Source: Patescibacteria group bacterium
GTDB taxonomy: Bacteria > Acidobacteriota > Polarisedimenticolia > Gp22-AA2
Direction: 5' to 3'
Assembly: GCA_035638115.1 (NCBI GenBank)
Contig: DASRAN010000007.1
Location: 5,215 to 69,214 of the forward strand
DNA length: 64,000 bases
The notes beneath the pieces were generated by a model. That model was not told the origin of the DNA and made no database searches. It was given only the letters and a program-made list of their open reading frames with translations. Each line of letters opens with the position of its first letter. The first letter of the stretch is position 1. Positions 32,708 to 42,600 of this stretch are shown in pieces. The position numbers and the translations under genes were made by a program.

Positions 32708-32736
32708 TTCACAGCGGTCCATGGCTGTGACATAAT
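32708..32736 (+). promoter_or_regulatory. Sigma70-like promoter overlapped by palindrome TCACAGC-N8-GCTGTGA
   Basis: TTCACA-N17-CATAAT, with perfect 7-bp inverted arms at 32709-32715 and 32724-32730. Confidence 0.5.
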
Positions 32737-32805
32737 CCGCCGTCCTGATAACGGCAGTTCATCACCGAGGGCCGGCCCGTCCCGGTCGCGGCAAGAGGTT
32801 CGCAG

Positions 32806-33465
32806 ATGAAGAGACTCGCGCTCGGTCTGGTCCTGGTCGTTCTCTTCGCAACGTCCGGTGCTTTCGCCCAGGCTTCGTCCAAGCCGATCGTGGGACACTT
32901 CGCGCTCGGCTACGCCGAGCCGCTGGGCACGGCCGGCGACTTCGTGGACGCCGGCTGGAACATCTCCGGCGGCGTCACGATGCATCCGAACCCGCAAAAG
33001 CCGTTCGGCATCCGCTTCGACCTCGGCTACTCCTGGTTCGATGCCTCGAACCAGGCGGTCGACTCAGCGAACGGCAGCGGGGCCATCACCAAGGTCGACG
33101 ACGGATACGCCTCGATGGGCAACCTGTCGGTCGACGGACTGTACGAATTCGGCGGCAAGGGACACATCGGCGGCTACTTCGGGGCCGGGATCAGCTCCTA
33201 CACGCGCTACTGGTCGCTGACGCGCGAGGCGATTGTGAGCGGCATCTATTGCGACCCGTGGACCGGCTGGTGCTACCCGTACACGACGGTGGGCGACGCC
33301 ATCGTGGACAACGATCGTCTCACCAAGATCGGCTACAACGCGGTCCTGGCCATCGCCTTCCCGCTGCAATCGGGATCCGAGATCTATATCGAGGCGGCCT
33401 ACCACCGGATGAACACCGACCCGGCGACCGAGTACCTGCCGATCGTCCTCGGGTGGCGCTGGTAG
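32806..33465 (+). CDS. Outer membrane beta-barrel protein
   Basis: Signal peptide, alternating beta-strand pattern, aromatic C-terminus (LGWRW). Confidence 0.8.
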   Translation: MKRLALGLVLVVLFATSGAFAQASSKPIVGHFALGYAEPLGTAGDFVDAGWNISGGVTMHPNPQKPFGIRFDLGYSWFDASNQAVDSANGSGAITKVDDGYASMGNLSVDGLYEFGGKGHIGGYFGAGISSYTRYWSLTREAIVSGIYCDPWTGWCYPYTTVGDAIVDNDRLTKIGYNAVLAIAFPLQSGSEIYIEAAYHRMNTDPATEYLPIVLGWRW

Positions 33466-33468
33466 AGG

Positions 33469-34110
33469 TCAGATCACCTTCTTCGCGCGAAGATCCCAGA
33501 TCACGGTGTAGATCACCTTCCGGACGCTGTCCTCCGCCGACTTGTCCACCCAGGTCTGGGTCTGACCCGTCCAGACGAGTTTCTGCGTGGCGAGGTCGTA
33601 GACATTTGTCTCCAGGCAGACCACCCTGTCGACCGTGGTGTAACCGGGGCTGGTGACGTACCCGTAGCTCATCGACATGTACGGGTACCAGCCGCCGTAG
33701 TAGCCACCGTAGCCGCCATATCCGACGCCCACCGCCATCGTGGTGGGCGGGACGTAGGTCTCCCGATCTTCAACGCTGACGAGGCGGGTCACCAGAACGT
33801 GCGTGAAGCCGTCCTTGACCAGAGCGGCGGAGACGGCGTCCTTGTCGATTTTCTTCGGCTCCGGATCGGGGATGCGCAGGTAGCTCACTTCGCCGTCGTA
33901 CTTGTCCCGCTTCAGGTCGTTGACGAAGGTGTCCTCGAAGAGTTTGCGCAGGGAGTCGTTCTGCGCCACGCCCACGACGAACACCTTCTTCACCGTCCCC
34001 GGCCGGAAGTCGGGCGTCGTCGATGACGACAGCATCTTCGTGGACGAGGCGCAGCACAGGGCGCCCACAGCCAGCACGAGCAAGCCAAGGGTCAGGCGCG
34101 TCCGTTTCAT
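33469..34110 (-). CDS. Putative lipoprotein (DUF4136-like)
   Basis: Lipobox-like VGALCC, ETNVYDLATQKLVWTG, G/Y-rich loop. Confidence 0.7.
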   Translation of the reverse strand: MKRTRLTLGLLVLAVGALCCASSTKMLSSSTTPDFRPGTVKKVFVVGVAQNDSLRKLFEDTFVNDLKRDKYDGEVSYLRIPDPEPKKIDKDAVSAALVKDGFTHVLVTRLVSVEDRETYVPPTTMAVGVGYGGYGGYYGGWYPYMSMSYGYVTSPGYTTVDRVVCLETNVYDLATQKLVWTGQTQTWVDKSAEDSVRKVIYTVIWDLRAKKVI

Positions 34111-34131
34111 TCCTGCCGTCATCATGCCTCC

Positions 34132-34701
34132 TTAGAAGCCGACACCGACGCCGGCGCTGTAGATCCAGGGACTGGTGTAGGGATAGGTCAGGTCGTCCGA
34201 CTTGTAGGAGAAGTTGTAGAGCGCCGACACGAAGAAGAACGCCCGGTCTCCCATCGGCTGGCTGATGCCCGCCCCCGCCAGGTAGCTCGACTGGTTGCTC
34301 CGCGCCGTCGAGAAATCGGACAGGACGTACTCGTAGTTCAGGTACTCGTACTCGGCCTCGAGGAAGAAGGTCGGTACCGGGAAGTACTGTACGAACGCGC
34401 GCGCCCCGTAGTTGGTCGTGCTGACGCTCGAGTCGTAGCGGTCGTCGTTCTGCCACTGGTAGATCAGGGTGGAGCCGATCGCGACCTGCGGGCTGATGCG
34501 ATAGCCGAACAGCGGCTCCGCCGACACCCAGCTGACGTCGCCGAAGCCGAGACCGACGCCGCCTCCGAAGAAGAAATGGGGCTGGAACGGCGGCGGCGCC
34601 TGGACCATGACGACCGGCGTGGCGGCCGCGGTGGGTAACGTCGCGGCCCCGGACAGCGCGGCGACCAGCGGCGCCATCAGGACGAGCGTGGCGGCTTTCA
34701 T
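34132..34701 (-). CDS. Outer membrane beta-barrel protein
   Basis: Signal peptide; FFFGGGVGLGFG; ends YSAGVGVGF. Confidence 0.75.
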   Translation of the reverse strand: MKAATLVLMAPLVAALSGAATLPTAAATPVVMVQAPPPFQPHFFFGGGVGLGFGDVSWVSAEPLFGYRISPQVAIGSTLIYQWQNDDRYDSSVSTTNYGARAFVQYFPVPTFFLEAEYEYLNYEYVLSDFSTARSNQSSYLAGAGISQPMGDRAFFFVSALYNFSYKSDDLTYPYTSPWIYSAGVGVGF

Positions 34702-34936
34702 GGCTTCTCCTTCTTCGGGGCGACGCGTTCGACGTTCGACGACTTCTGCGTCCCGGTGTGAGTCGTGGACCTCGAACCCTGCCGACCCGGCATTATGACA
34801 CCGGGCCGCCGGCCGGAGCCCCGCGGATCGGCCGCACATCAGCGGTGCCGGCGACGCGTCTTAGTCGTAGACTGGCGCCCGCGCCCGCGCCGGATGCGGC
34901 ATCCGGAGTCGGAGCGCCCGCCCTCCGGGAGCCCGC

Positions 34937-36664
34937 GTGAAGCGCTTTCGATTCGGCCCGGTCCTGTCCAAGCGACCGCCGTTCACGGCGGGGGACGGCC
35001 TCATCCTGCTCGGCCTCGCGGCGCTTCTGTACGTCGGCGTCCGTCTGGCGTTCGCCGCGCCGCAGTCGATCGCCGGCCCGACGATCTCGACCTCGGCCCG
35101 CGCGCTGCCCTGGTACGCGCTCCTGTCGGTCGGGCGGATGACGATCGCCTACTTCCTGTCGCTCGTCTTCAGCCTGGCGTACGGTTACGCCTCGGCCCGC
35201 CATCGCGCCGCCAATCGCGTGCTGCTGCCGCTGCTCGACGTCCTGCAGAGCGTGCCGATCCTGTCGTTCCTCCCGGTCGTGCTCCTGGGGCTCAGCTCGG
35301 TCCTGCCGGTGTCGATCGCCGCGGAGCTGGCGGCGATCGTCCTCATCTTCACGTCGCAGGCCTGGAACATGACCTTCTCCTTCTACCAGTCGATGACCAC
35401 GATGCCCGGGGATCTCCAGGAGGCGGCGTCGGTCTTCCGCTTCGACCCCTGGCTGCGGCTCAAGACTCTCGAGCTGCCGTTCGCGGCGGTGGGGCTCATC
35501 TGGAACAGCATGATGTCCTGGGCCGGCGGCTGGTTCTTCCTGATGGCCGCCGAGATCTACAACGTCGGCGCGCGCGACTTCCGGCTGCCCGGGCTCGGCT
35601 CGTATCTCCAGGTCGCCGCCAACGAGGGGGACATGCGCGCCGTCCTGCTGGGCGTCGGGACGCTGGTGCTGATCATCGCGCTGCTCGACCAGCTCGTCTG
35701 GCGGCCCCTTCTGACCTGGGCGGACAAGTTCAAGCTGGAGATGGTCGAGGGGGACGACCGGCCCTCTTCGTGGTTTCTCGACGTGCTGTCGCGCTCGTGG
35801 ATCCTGCAGAAGTGCTCGGAGCGGTACCTGGAGCCGGCGGCGGAGCGCTTCGACGCGCGTCTGCGCCGCCGCGCGGGTCGCGTGCTGCCGGCGCTCGAGC
35901 GGGCGGGGGAGGGCCATCACCTGTCCGCGACGGCCATCGGCGGCATTTCCATCCTGGCGCTTCTGGCCGGGTTCGGTGGATGGCAGGCGGTCCGCATGCT
36001 GATGCTCCTGCCGGCGGAGGACTGGGCGCGTCTCGCGGTGGGGCTCCTGGCGACGTTCGGGCGCGTCTGCCTGTCGCTGACCCTGGCGCTTCTCTGGACC
36101 ATTCCGCTCGGCGTCCTGATTGGCACCCGCCGCCGCGTCGCCGCCGTCCTGCAGCCGATCGTGCAGATCGTCGCGTCGGTTCCCGCCACCGCCATCTTCC
36201 CCGTGATCGTGGTCGCGCTGGTGAGGATGCGCGGCGGCGTGAACCTGGCGGCGACGCTTCTGATGCTGATGGGCACGCAGTGGTACCTGCTGTTCAACAT
36301 CATCGCCGGCGCCTCCGCCATCCCGCTCGACCTGCGCTACACCACCGACCTCCTGCGCGTGTCGTCTCTCGACCGCTGGCGCATCCTGATCCTCCCGGCG
36401 CTCTTCCCCTACATCATCACCGGCGCCATCACCGCCAGCGGCGGTGCCTGGAACGCCAGCATCGTCGCCGAGCACGTGTCGTACGCGGGGAAGGTCTACA
36501 CGACCACAGGCGTCGGGGCGGTGATCGCCTCGGCCACCGACCGCGGCAACTACCCGCTGCTGCTGGCCGGCACGCTGGCGCTCGTCGTCACCGTGGTCGC
36601 CATCAACCGCCTGTTCTGGCGTCGGCTGTACCGGCTGGCCGAGGTGCGGTATCGTCTGGACTGA
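34937..36664 (+). CDS. NitT/TauT-type ABC transporter permease (double membrane domain)
   Basis: LDVLQSVPILSFLP, QAWNMTFSFYQS, SWAGGWFFL, QWYLLFNIIAG, GGAWNASIVAE. Confidence 0.9.
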   Translation: MKRFRFGPVLSKRPPFTAGDGLILLGLAALLYVGVRLAFAAPQSIAGPTISTSARALPWYALLSVGRMTIAYFLSLVFSLAYGYASARHRAANRVLLPLLDVLQSVPILSFLPVVLLGLSSVLPVSIAAELAAIVLIFTSQAWNMTFSFYQSMTTMPGDLQEAASVFRFDPWLRLKTLELPFAAVGLIWNSMMSWAGGWFFLMAAEIYNVGARDFRLPGLGSYLQVAANEGDMRAVLLGVGTLVLIIALLDQLVWRPLLTWADKFKLEMVEGDDRPSSWFLDVLSRSWILQKCSERYLEPAAERFDARLRRRAGRVLPALERAGEGHHLSATAIGGISILALLAGFGGWQAVRMLMLLPAEDWARLAVGLLATFGRVCLSLTLALLWTIPLGVLIGTRRRVAAVLQPIVQIVASVPATAIFPVIVVALVRMRGGVNLAATLLMLMGTQWYLLFNIIAGASAIPLDLRYTTDLLRVSSLDRWRILILPALFPYIITGAITASGGAWNASIVAEHVSYAGKVYTTTGVGAVIASATDRGNYPLLLAGTLALVVTVVAINRLFWRRLYRLAEVRYRLD

Positions 36665-36694
36665 CGCCGCGCCGCGCGGCAGGAGCACGAGACC

Positions 36695-37987
36695 ATGGCC
36701 ATGCAGACCCCGAGTTCCGAAAGTCCCGAAAGCCGCGACCTGCTCGTCCTGAAGGACGTCAGCAAGTCGTACGGCGCCGGGGTGCAGATGTACTGCGCGG
36801 TCGCGGACGTGACCCTCGTCATCCGGGAAGGGGAGTTCGTCAGCCTGCTGGGGCCGTCAGGCTGCGGCAAGTCGACGCTCCTGCGCATCATCACCGGCCT
36901 GAACCGCGCGACCACCGGAACCGTGCTCTACCGCGGCGAGCCGGTCGTCGAGGTGAACCCGCACGCCACCATCGTGTTCCAGACCTTCGCGCTCTATCCC
37001 TGGCTGACGGTCGAGGAGAACGTCGAGGTGGCGTTGAAGGCGCGGGGCGTGCCGCCGGGGGAGCGGCGCCAGCGTGCCCGGCACCTGATCGACATCGTCG
37101 GGCTGGATGGGTTCGAGTCGGCCTACCCGCGCGAGCTGTCGGGCGGCATGCGGCAGAAAGTCGGCTTCGCGCGGGCCATGGCGGTCGAGCCGGAATTGCT
37201 CTGTCTCGACGAGCCGTTCTCGGCCCTCGACGTGCTCTCCGCCGAGGCGCTGCGCGGCGAGCTGCTCGAGCTGTGGCTCACCAAGGCGATCCCGACCAAG
37301 GCGATTCTCATGGTGACGCACAACATCGAGGAGGCGGTCCTGATGTCGGATCGCGTGGTAATCATGGCGAAGAATCCCGGCCGCGTGCTGGCGGAGATTC
37401 CCGTGACGCTCCGGCATCCGCGCAAGCGCCAGGACACGGCGTTCCTGGCGATCGTCGACAAGATCTACGCCGCGGTCGCCGGCCGCACGCGTCCCGAGGC
37501 GGAGACCCTGGCGCAGGCGGCGCGCAAGCTGCCCAAGGCGCGCCTCAACGCCCTCGCCGGCCTGGTGGAGATCCTCGTGGCCGACGGCGGGCGCGCCGAC
37601 CTGCCGCGCCTCGGCGCCGACCTGTCGCTCGAGCTGGACGACCTGCTGCCGATCGTCGAGGCGGGGGAGCTCGTCGGCTTCTGCCAGGTGCAGGAAGGCG
37701 ACCTGCTCATCACGCCGCTCGGCCGCCTGTACGCCGAGGCCTCGATTCTCACGCGCAAAGAGATTGCCGCCGGGCGCGCCCTGCGCCTGCCGATGATCCG
37801 CTGGATCTACGAGACGTTGCAGCGCGATGACGACCGCCGGGTCGATCGCGACTTCTTCCTCGACAAGCTGCGCGAAGAGGTCGGCGATTTCGCCGAAGAC
37901 CAGCTCGATGTCGCCATCTCCTGGGGCCGCTTCGCCGAGCTGTACGCCTACGACAAGGACACCGACGAGCTGTTCCTCGAGCCCTGA
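36695..37987 (+). CDS. NitT/TauT ABC transporter ATP-binding protein with C-terminal AAA-associated domain
   Basis: GPSGCGKST, LSGGMRQ, LDEPFSALD, VTH; C-terminal WGRFAELYAYD. Confidence 0.92.
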   Translation: MAMQTPSSESPESRDLLVLKDVSKSYGAGVQMYCAVADVTLVIREGEFVSLLGPSGCGKSTLLRIITGLNRATTGTVLYRGEPVVEVNPHATIVFQTFALYPWLTVEENVEVALKARGVPPGERRQRARHLIDIVGLDGFESAYPRELSGGMRQKVGFARAMAVEPELLCLDEPFSALDVLSAEALRGELLELWLTKAIPTKAILMVTHNIEEAVLMSDRVVIMAKNPGRVLAEIPVTLRHPRKRQDTAFLAIVDKIYAAVAGRTRPEAETLAQAARKLPKARLNALAGLVEILVADGGRADLPRLGADLSLELDDLLPIVEAGELVGFCQVQEGDLLITPLGRLYAEASILTRKEIAAGRALRLPMIRWIYETLQRDDDRRVDRDFFLDKLREEVGDFAEDQLDVAISWGRFAELYAYDKDTDELFLEP

Positions 37988-38073
37988 AGGTGCTCCACGT
38001 CGGCGCCGCGCCGCTGTTGTAGACTCCCGCCAACGGACCTTCGCCGCCGTCGAACCAGTCGCCGTCGTGGGGG

Positions 38074-39056
38074 ATGGCCTCCATGCACTGTCCTGGATGC
38101 TCCCGGCCCCTTCCCGAAGCAGCGTCGCGATGCCCGCACTGCGGCGCGATCGCGCGCGCGGCCTCGGGCGCGGCCCGAAGCGCGGCCTCGAGCGCGGCCC
38201 CGAGCCCGCCGCCGGGCGCGCGTCGACCGCTGAGCGATCTGCCGACCGCCGACCTCCCCGGGGCCGAGGCGCCCGGCGCCTCGCCGTCGTCCGGGCGGAG
38301 GGATCCTCTGGCCCTCGCTCCAGGGAGCCTGTTCGCCGAACGCTTCCTGATCGTCGAGAAGATCGGCGAAGGCGGGATGGGCGAGGTCTACAAAGCGATC
38401 GACACGCGCCTCGACGGCCCGGTCGCGCTGAAGATGATCCGGCCGGCCACGGCGCGGCACGCCGGCAGCGTCGATCGATTCAAGGACGAGGTGCGGATCG
38501 CGCGCCAGATCAGCCACCCGTCGGTGAGCCGCGTGCACGACCTGGGCGAGATCGACGGGCAGGTCTACCTGTCGATGGAGTGGATCCAGGGGGAGACGCT
38601 GCGGCAACTTCTGCGGCGCGCCGGGTCGCTCGAGGCCGACCGGGCGATTCAGATCGCGGCCGAGATCGCCGGGGCGCTCGAGGCCGCGCACCAGCACGGC
38701 GTCGTCCACCGCGACCTGAAGCCCGAGAACGTCATGATCGACGAGCGCGGCGAAGTGCATGTCATGGATTTCGGCATCGCCGTGCTGGAGGAGGCGCAGG
38801 GCCGGACGGCGGCGCCCGGGCCGCTTGGGACTCCCGGCTACATGGCGCCGGGGCCGCCGAGCTGGCGCCCCAGGACGCCTCGGTCGCGTTCGCCAACGCC
38901 GCCGTCCGCTGCCTGCTCGGCCGCAACGACGAGGCTCTCGACCTGCTGGAGAAGGCGGTACGGCTGGGCGTCACGCGCGACGACATCGAGAACGACCCCG
39001 ACAGACCCCTGCACCCCCTGCCGCGCTACCGCCGCATCGTCGAGCTGGCGGGGTAG
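38074..39056 (+). pseudogene. Zinc-ribbon Ser/Thr kinase-TPR gene with internal deletion and frameshift
   Basis: CxxC-CxxC, GEGGMGEVYKA, VALK, HRDLKPEN, DFG and GTPGYMAP, then an abrupt switch at ~38850 to another frame encoding a TPR C-terminus (AELAPQDASVAFANAAVRCLLGRNDEALDLLEKA...NDPD). Confidence 0.75.
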
Positions 39057-39086
39057 CTAACGGGGTCACTAATAATGATGGGGGTC

Positions 39087-39455
39087 CTAGGGCCGGATCG
39101 GGACGATTTCGGGGTCGATCGAGGCGATTTCCCCGTCCTCGTCGTCGAACGTCTTGATGGTGTACTTGTCACGGATACCCGAGACCTGGCCCCTGCCGAC
39201 GGCGGGGAAGGAGCGACCCTGGGGGGCGCGGCCGTAGATGGTGTCCGCGTGGCACAGCGTCCGGCTGAAGGACCGCGACGGCTTACCCGCCACCAGAAAG
39301 TAGTCGGCCTCGTCGAAGACGACCGAGACCTTGGCGACCTCTTCGTGGTGATTCCTGAAGTGCCAGTGGACGAACTCTGTCTCCACCACCGGCTGGAAGT
39401 CGTTGACGACCTCGATCGACCCATCCGGCTGCAAGATGACTTCGATGTCCGCCAC
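39087..39455 (-). CDS. Small beta-rich hypothetical protein with C-terminal IDPEIV
   Basis: GTG start with GGGGAGG RBS; 122 aa; own sigma70-like promoter. Confidence 0.7.
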   Translation of the reverse strand: MADIEVILQPDGSIEVVNDFQPVVETEFVHWHFRNHHEEVAKVSVVFDEADYFLVAGKPSRSFSRTLCHADTIYGRAPQGRSFPAVGRGQVSGIRDKYTIKTFDDEDGEIASIDPEIVPIRP

Positions 39456-39566
39456 GAGTGGCCTCCCCGCGTGCCGTCGCACGCATCCCCGGTCCCCGGC
39501 CGCGACGAAGGCGAGTCCGCCGCCGCGTGCCTTAGCTCTGTGAGGGTTGGAACGAACGCTGAGGCG

Positions 39567-39596
39567 ACGGTACGCCGGGGCGGAGGGGGGTGTCAA
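39567..39596 (-). promoter_or_regulatory. Sigma70-like promoter of the 122-aa gene
   Basis: TTGACA-N18-TACCGT on the minus strand. Confidence 0.5.
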
Positions 39597-39628
39597 GAAG
39601 CCCGCAGTGCCGCGTAATAGTAGGTCGA

Positions 39629-42600
39629 CTACGCCGCCTTCCCGAAGTCGGTTGGGATAGCGAACGACCTAATACGACGGTAAAGCTTCTGGCGATTCCA
39701 TCCGATAAATCTGGCAGCCTTCGTCTTGTCCCCTCGAAACCGGCGCAGGGCATCTTCGATCATGATCTGCTCGCCCGTCTTTTGAGCATTAACACGACCT
39801 CGTACATCGCGGACACCACCGATCGAATCCAAGCCCTCGTGTGAACCTATGACTTCCGGCCTGGAGCAGACAAGACCTGGGCGACCTGAGTCCGCAGACC
39901 CTGCAAGTGAAGGAAGTGTGTCAGGAAGGTCAGCGATAGTAATGACCTCGCGCGGATTCACAACCATAAGGCTCTCTATTAGGTGTTCAAGCTCACGCAC
40001 ATTGCCAGGCCAGGAGTACGAAAGTAGAGCCTCAAGGACACCAGGACCAAGCTCTCGCGGAGGCGTGTTTGCGTGAGCTTGTCGACTTAGAAACTCCGCG
40101 ACCAAAAGCGGAATGTCTTCCCTTCGCTCACGAAGTGTTGGCGCAACGATCCCGATGACGTTCAAGCGATAAAACAGGTCTTGTCGAAATCGTCCCTGAG
40201 CTATGAGCGAAGAGAGGTCTGCGTTGGTGGCAGCGATAACCCTAACATTAACCCGACGCGTTTGGTTCTCTCCCAACCGGCGAATCTCACGCTCTTGCAG
40301 AACACGCAGAAGCCGTGACTGCAAGTTGATCGATGTATTCGCGATCTCGTCAAGAAAAAGCGTCCCACCGCTTGCCTCTTCAAGCAACCCTACGCGATCG
40401 CGGTCCGCCCCGGTGAAGGCGCCACGTCGGCATCCGAACAACTCGACCTCAAGTAGGCCCTCTGGAAGGGCGCCACAATCAACAGTCAAAAACGGACCCT
40501 GGCGACGCGCACCATTCGCGTGTATTGCTCGGGCAATAAGCCCCTTGCCAGTCCCGCTTTCTCCGGTGATGAGAATTGTACTGTTCAAGTCGAGTACACC
40601 TGCGATAGTCTCATGCAACCGACGCATAACAACGCTTGTTCCTATAAGTTCCGGGAACCGACTTGCGGCCTGACGTCTGAGTCGAGAATTCTCTTCACGC
40701 ATTTGGCCGAACACACGAGCGTTCGCAATTGCGATTGCAGCTTGACTTGCGAACGATTCAACAAAGGTCCGGTCCTTGTCCGTGAACTTCTGAGCATTGC
40801 TCCGAGTATCGAGGTAGATGACCCCCAGTACCTCATCTCGAGACTTCATGGGGACGCACAAAATAGACCTAATCTCCCGAACGATGATGCTGTGCACCGA
40901 TGCAAGCGAGGGATCCTGACCCACGTCAGTCGAGAAAACGATGAGCCCTTGTTCTGCGCGGCGCAGTACAGATCGACTAAACGTTGTCAAGTCCTCCAGG
41001 TCTGTGTTCCCTATTCCTCTTGCGCAGGAGACGCGCATCTGTCCGTCCGTAGAGGACTTCAGAAACATGATTCCTCGTTCTGCCCGAATGCTGTCAATCG
41101 CTAGGTCAAGTATCCGGCCGAGTAGTGCATCTAGGTCGCGAGTAGAAGCGAGCTTCTGTCCGATCTCGCTCAGAGCAGCCAGCATTTTCCGGGAAATCAT
41201 CTCGCTTCGACGCAACGTAGCGGTGTTGAACCGTGAGCGACGTCCGTATTCACGCGCTAGTTCACGATAGTGAGCGAGTACCAGGGAGACGTGAGGCGTG
41301 GAGAGAAACGAGCGTCGGAATCGAGAATCACTTATGTCTTGCGAGACCTCCCGAAGAACGTTGGTGGCCCTACGCAGATACCATAAAGCACGAGACAACG
41401 ACAGTGTGCGCTCATGCAGTGTTGCTAGCAACGCAAGAGATTGCCAGGTAACATCGCGATTACGTGTCTCGTGAGCAATGGAGAGGGCATCCAGAGCGCA
41501 CGCGATAGCGTCACGTGGTTGTCCGACCGAAAGCAGCAGTGATGCTCTTATGAGGAGGCACTCTGAGTGAACTGATCTCAGCCCAACGCGCTGCGCCAAG
41601 CGTTGCACACGCGCTAGCTGGGCCATGTGTTGGGGCAAATCTACGCCCATTTCCACAGATAACAACGTGAGCGTAGTCTCAGCCTGGATCCAAATGTCAT
41701 ATGGTGCCGGCGCACGATAGGTCGAAATGGCCGTCTTGAGTCGTTCGATAGCCTCGGAGGAAAGACCGAGTCCGGATTCGTTGATGGCATGTAAGCGGTG
41801 TAGTTCAAGAAGGGACTGGTGGAATCGCATTTCGAGTGCAAGGCGAATTGCCTTTGTAATTACTCGCTTGGCCAAGGTATAGGCCCCAACAGCTACGAGC
41901 GAGTATGCCCATGTGGTCAGGTAAAGAATAGTTAGCGAAGGTATATTGTGAAGTTCGGTTCTCGCTCCGAGGCGTGAGAGGAGGGAGAGAGCAGATCCGG
42001 GGTAGCCCCCACGAACGAGGACCTGGGCCTGATTAAGATGGGCTATGAGTGCGTGGTGCTGGTCGCCCGAACGGCGAAACTCGGCAGCAGCAATGGCATT
42101 AAGTCGAATAGCAGGCTTCAATGCGCCCTGTGCTCGAAACGTCTCGCCTGCATTTACAAAGACGGTCCAACGGAGGTGGGCGAGTGATAACTCTCGGCTC
42201 AACGACCGTGCTGTTCGATACTGATCTCGGGCAGCGCTGTACCTACCAACATCAGATAGCAGGATTCCCGTATTTAGTACGGCCGTTGCGAATGCTTGCC
42301 AATTGCCAGACTGTTTAAGGAGGCGAGCTCGCCGCTGCTCGTATTTCAAGGCAAGCCTATATGTTCCTTCTCTCCAGTGGGCAGAGGCGATGGCACGTAG
42401 GGCATCTACGGCATATGACAACTCGTGTGTTCGCCGAGCAGCGGCAAGGGATCTGAACAGTACACGTCGACCACGATCCCTGCGTTCCAACCAACAGAGC
42501 CCGTCTCCTATGATCGCAAGAGCTTGCACGGCCCGCCCACTGTAGCCATTTATTCTACAGAGTCGGAGGGCCCTGCGCGCCTGTAGGATGCCTAAGGCGT

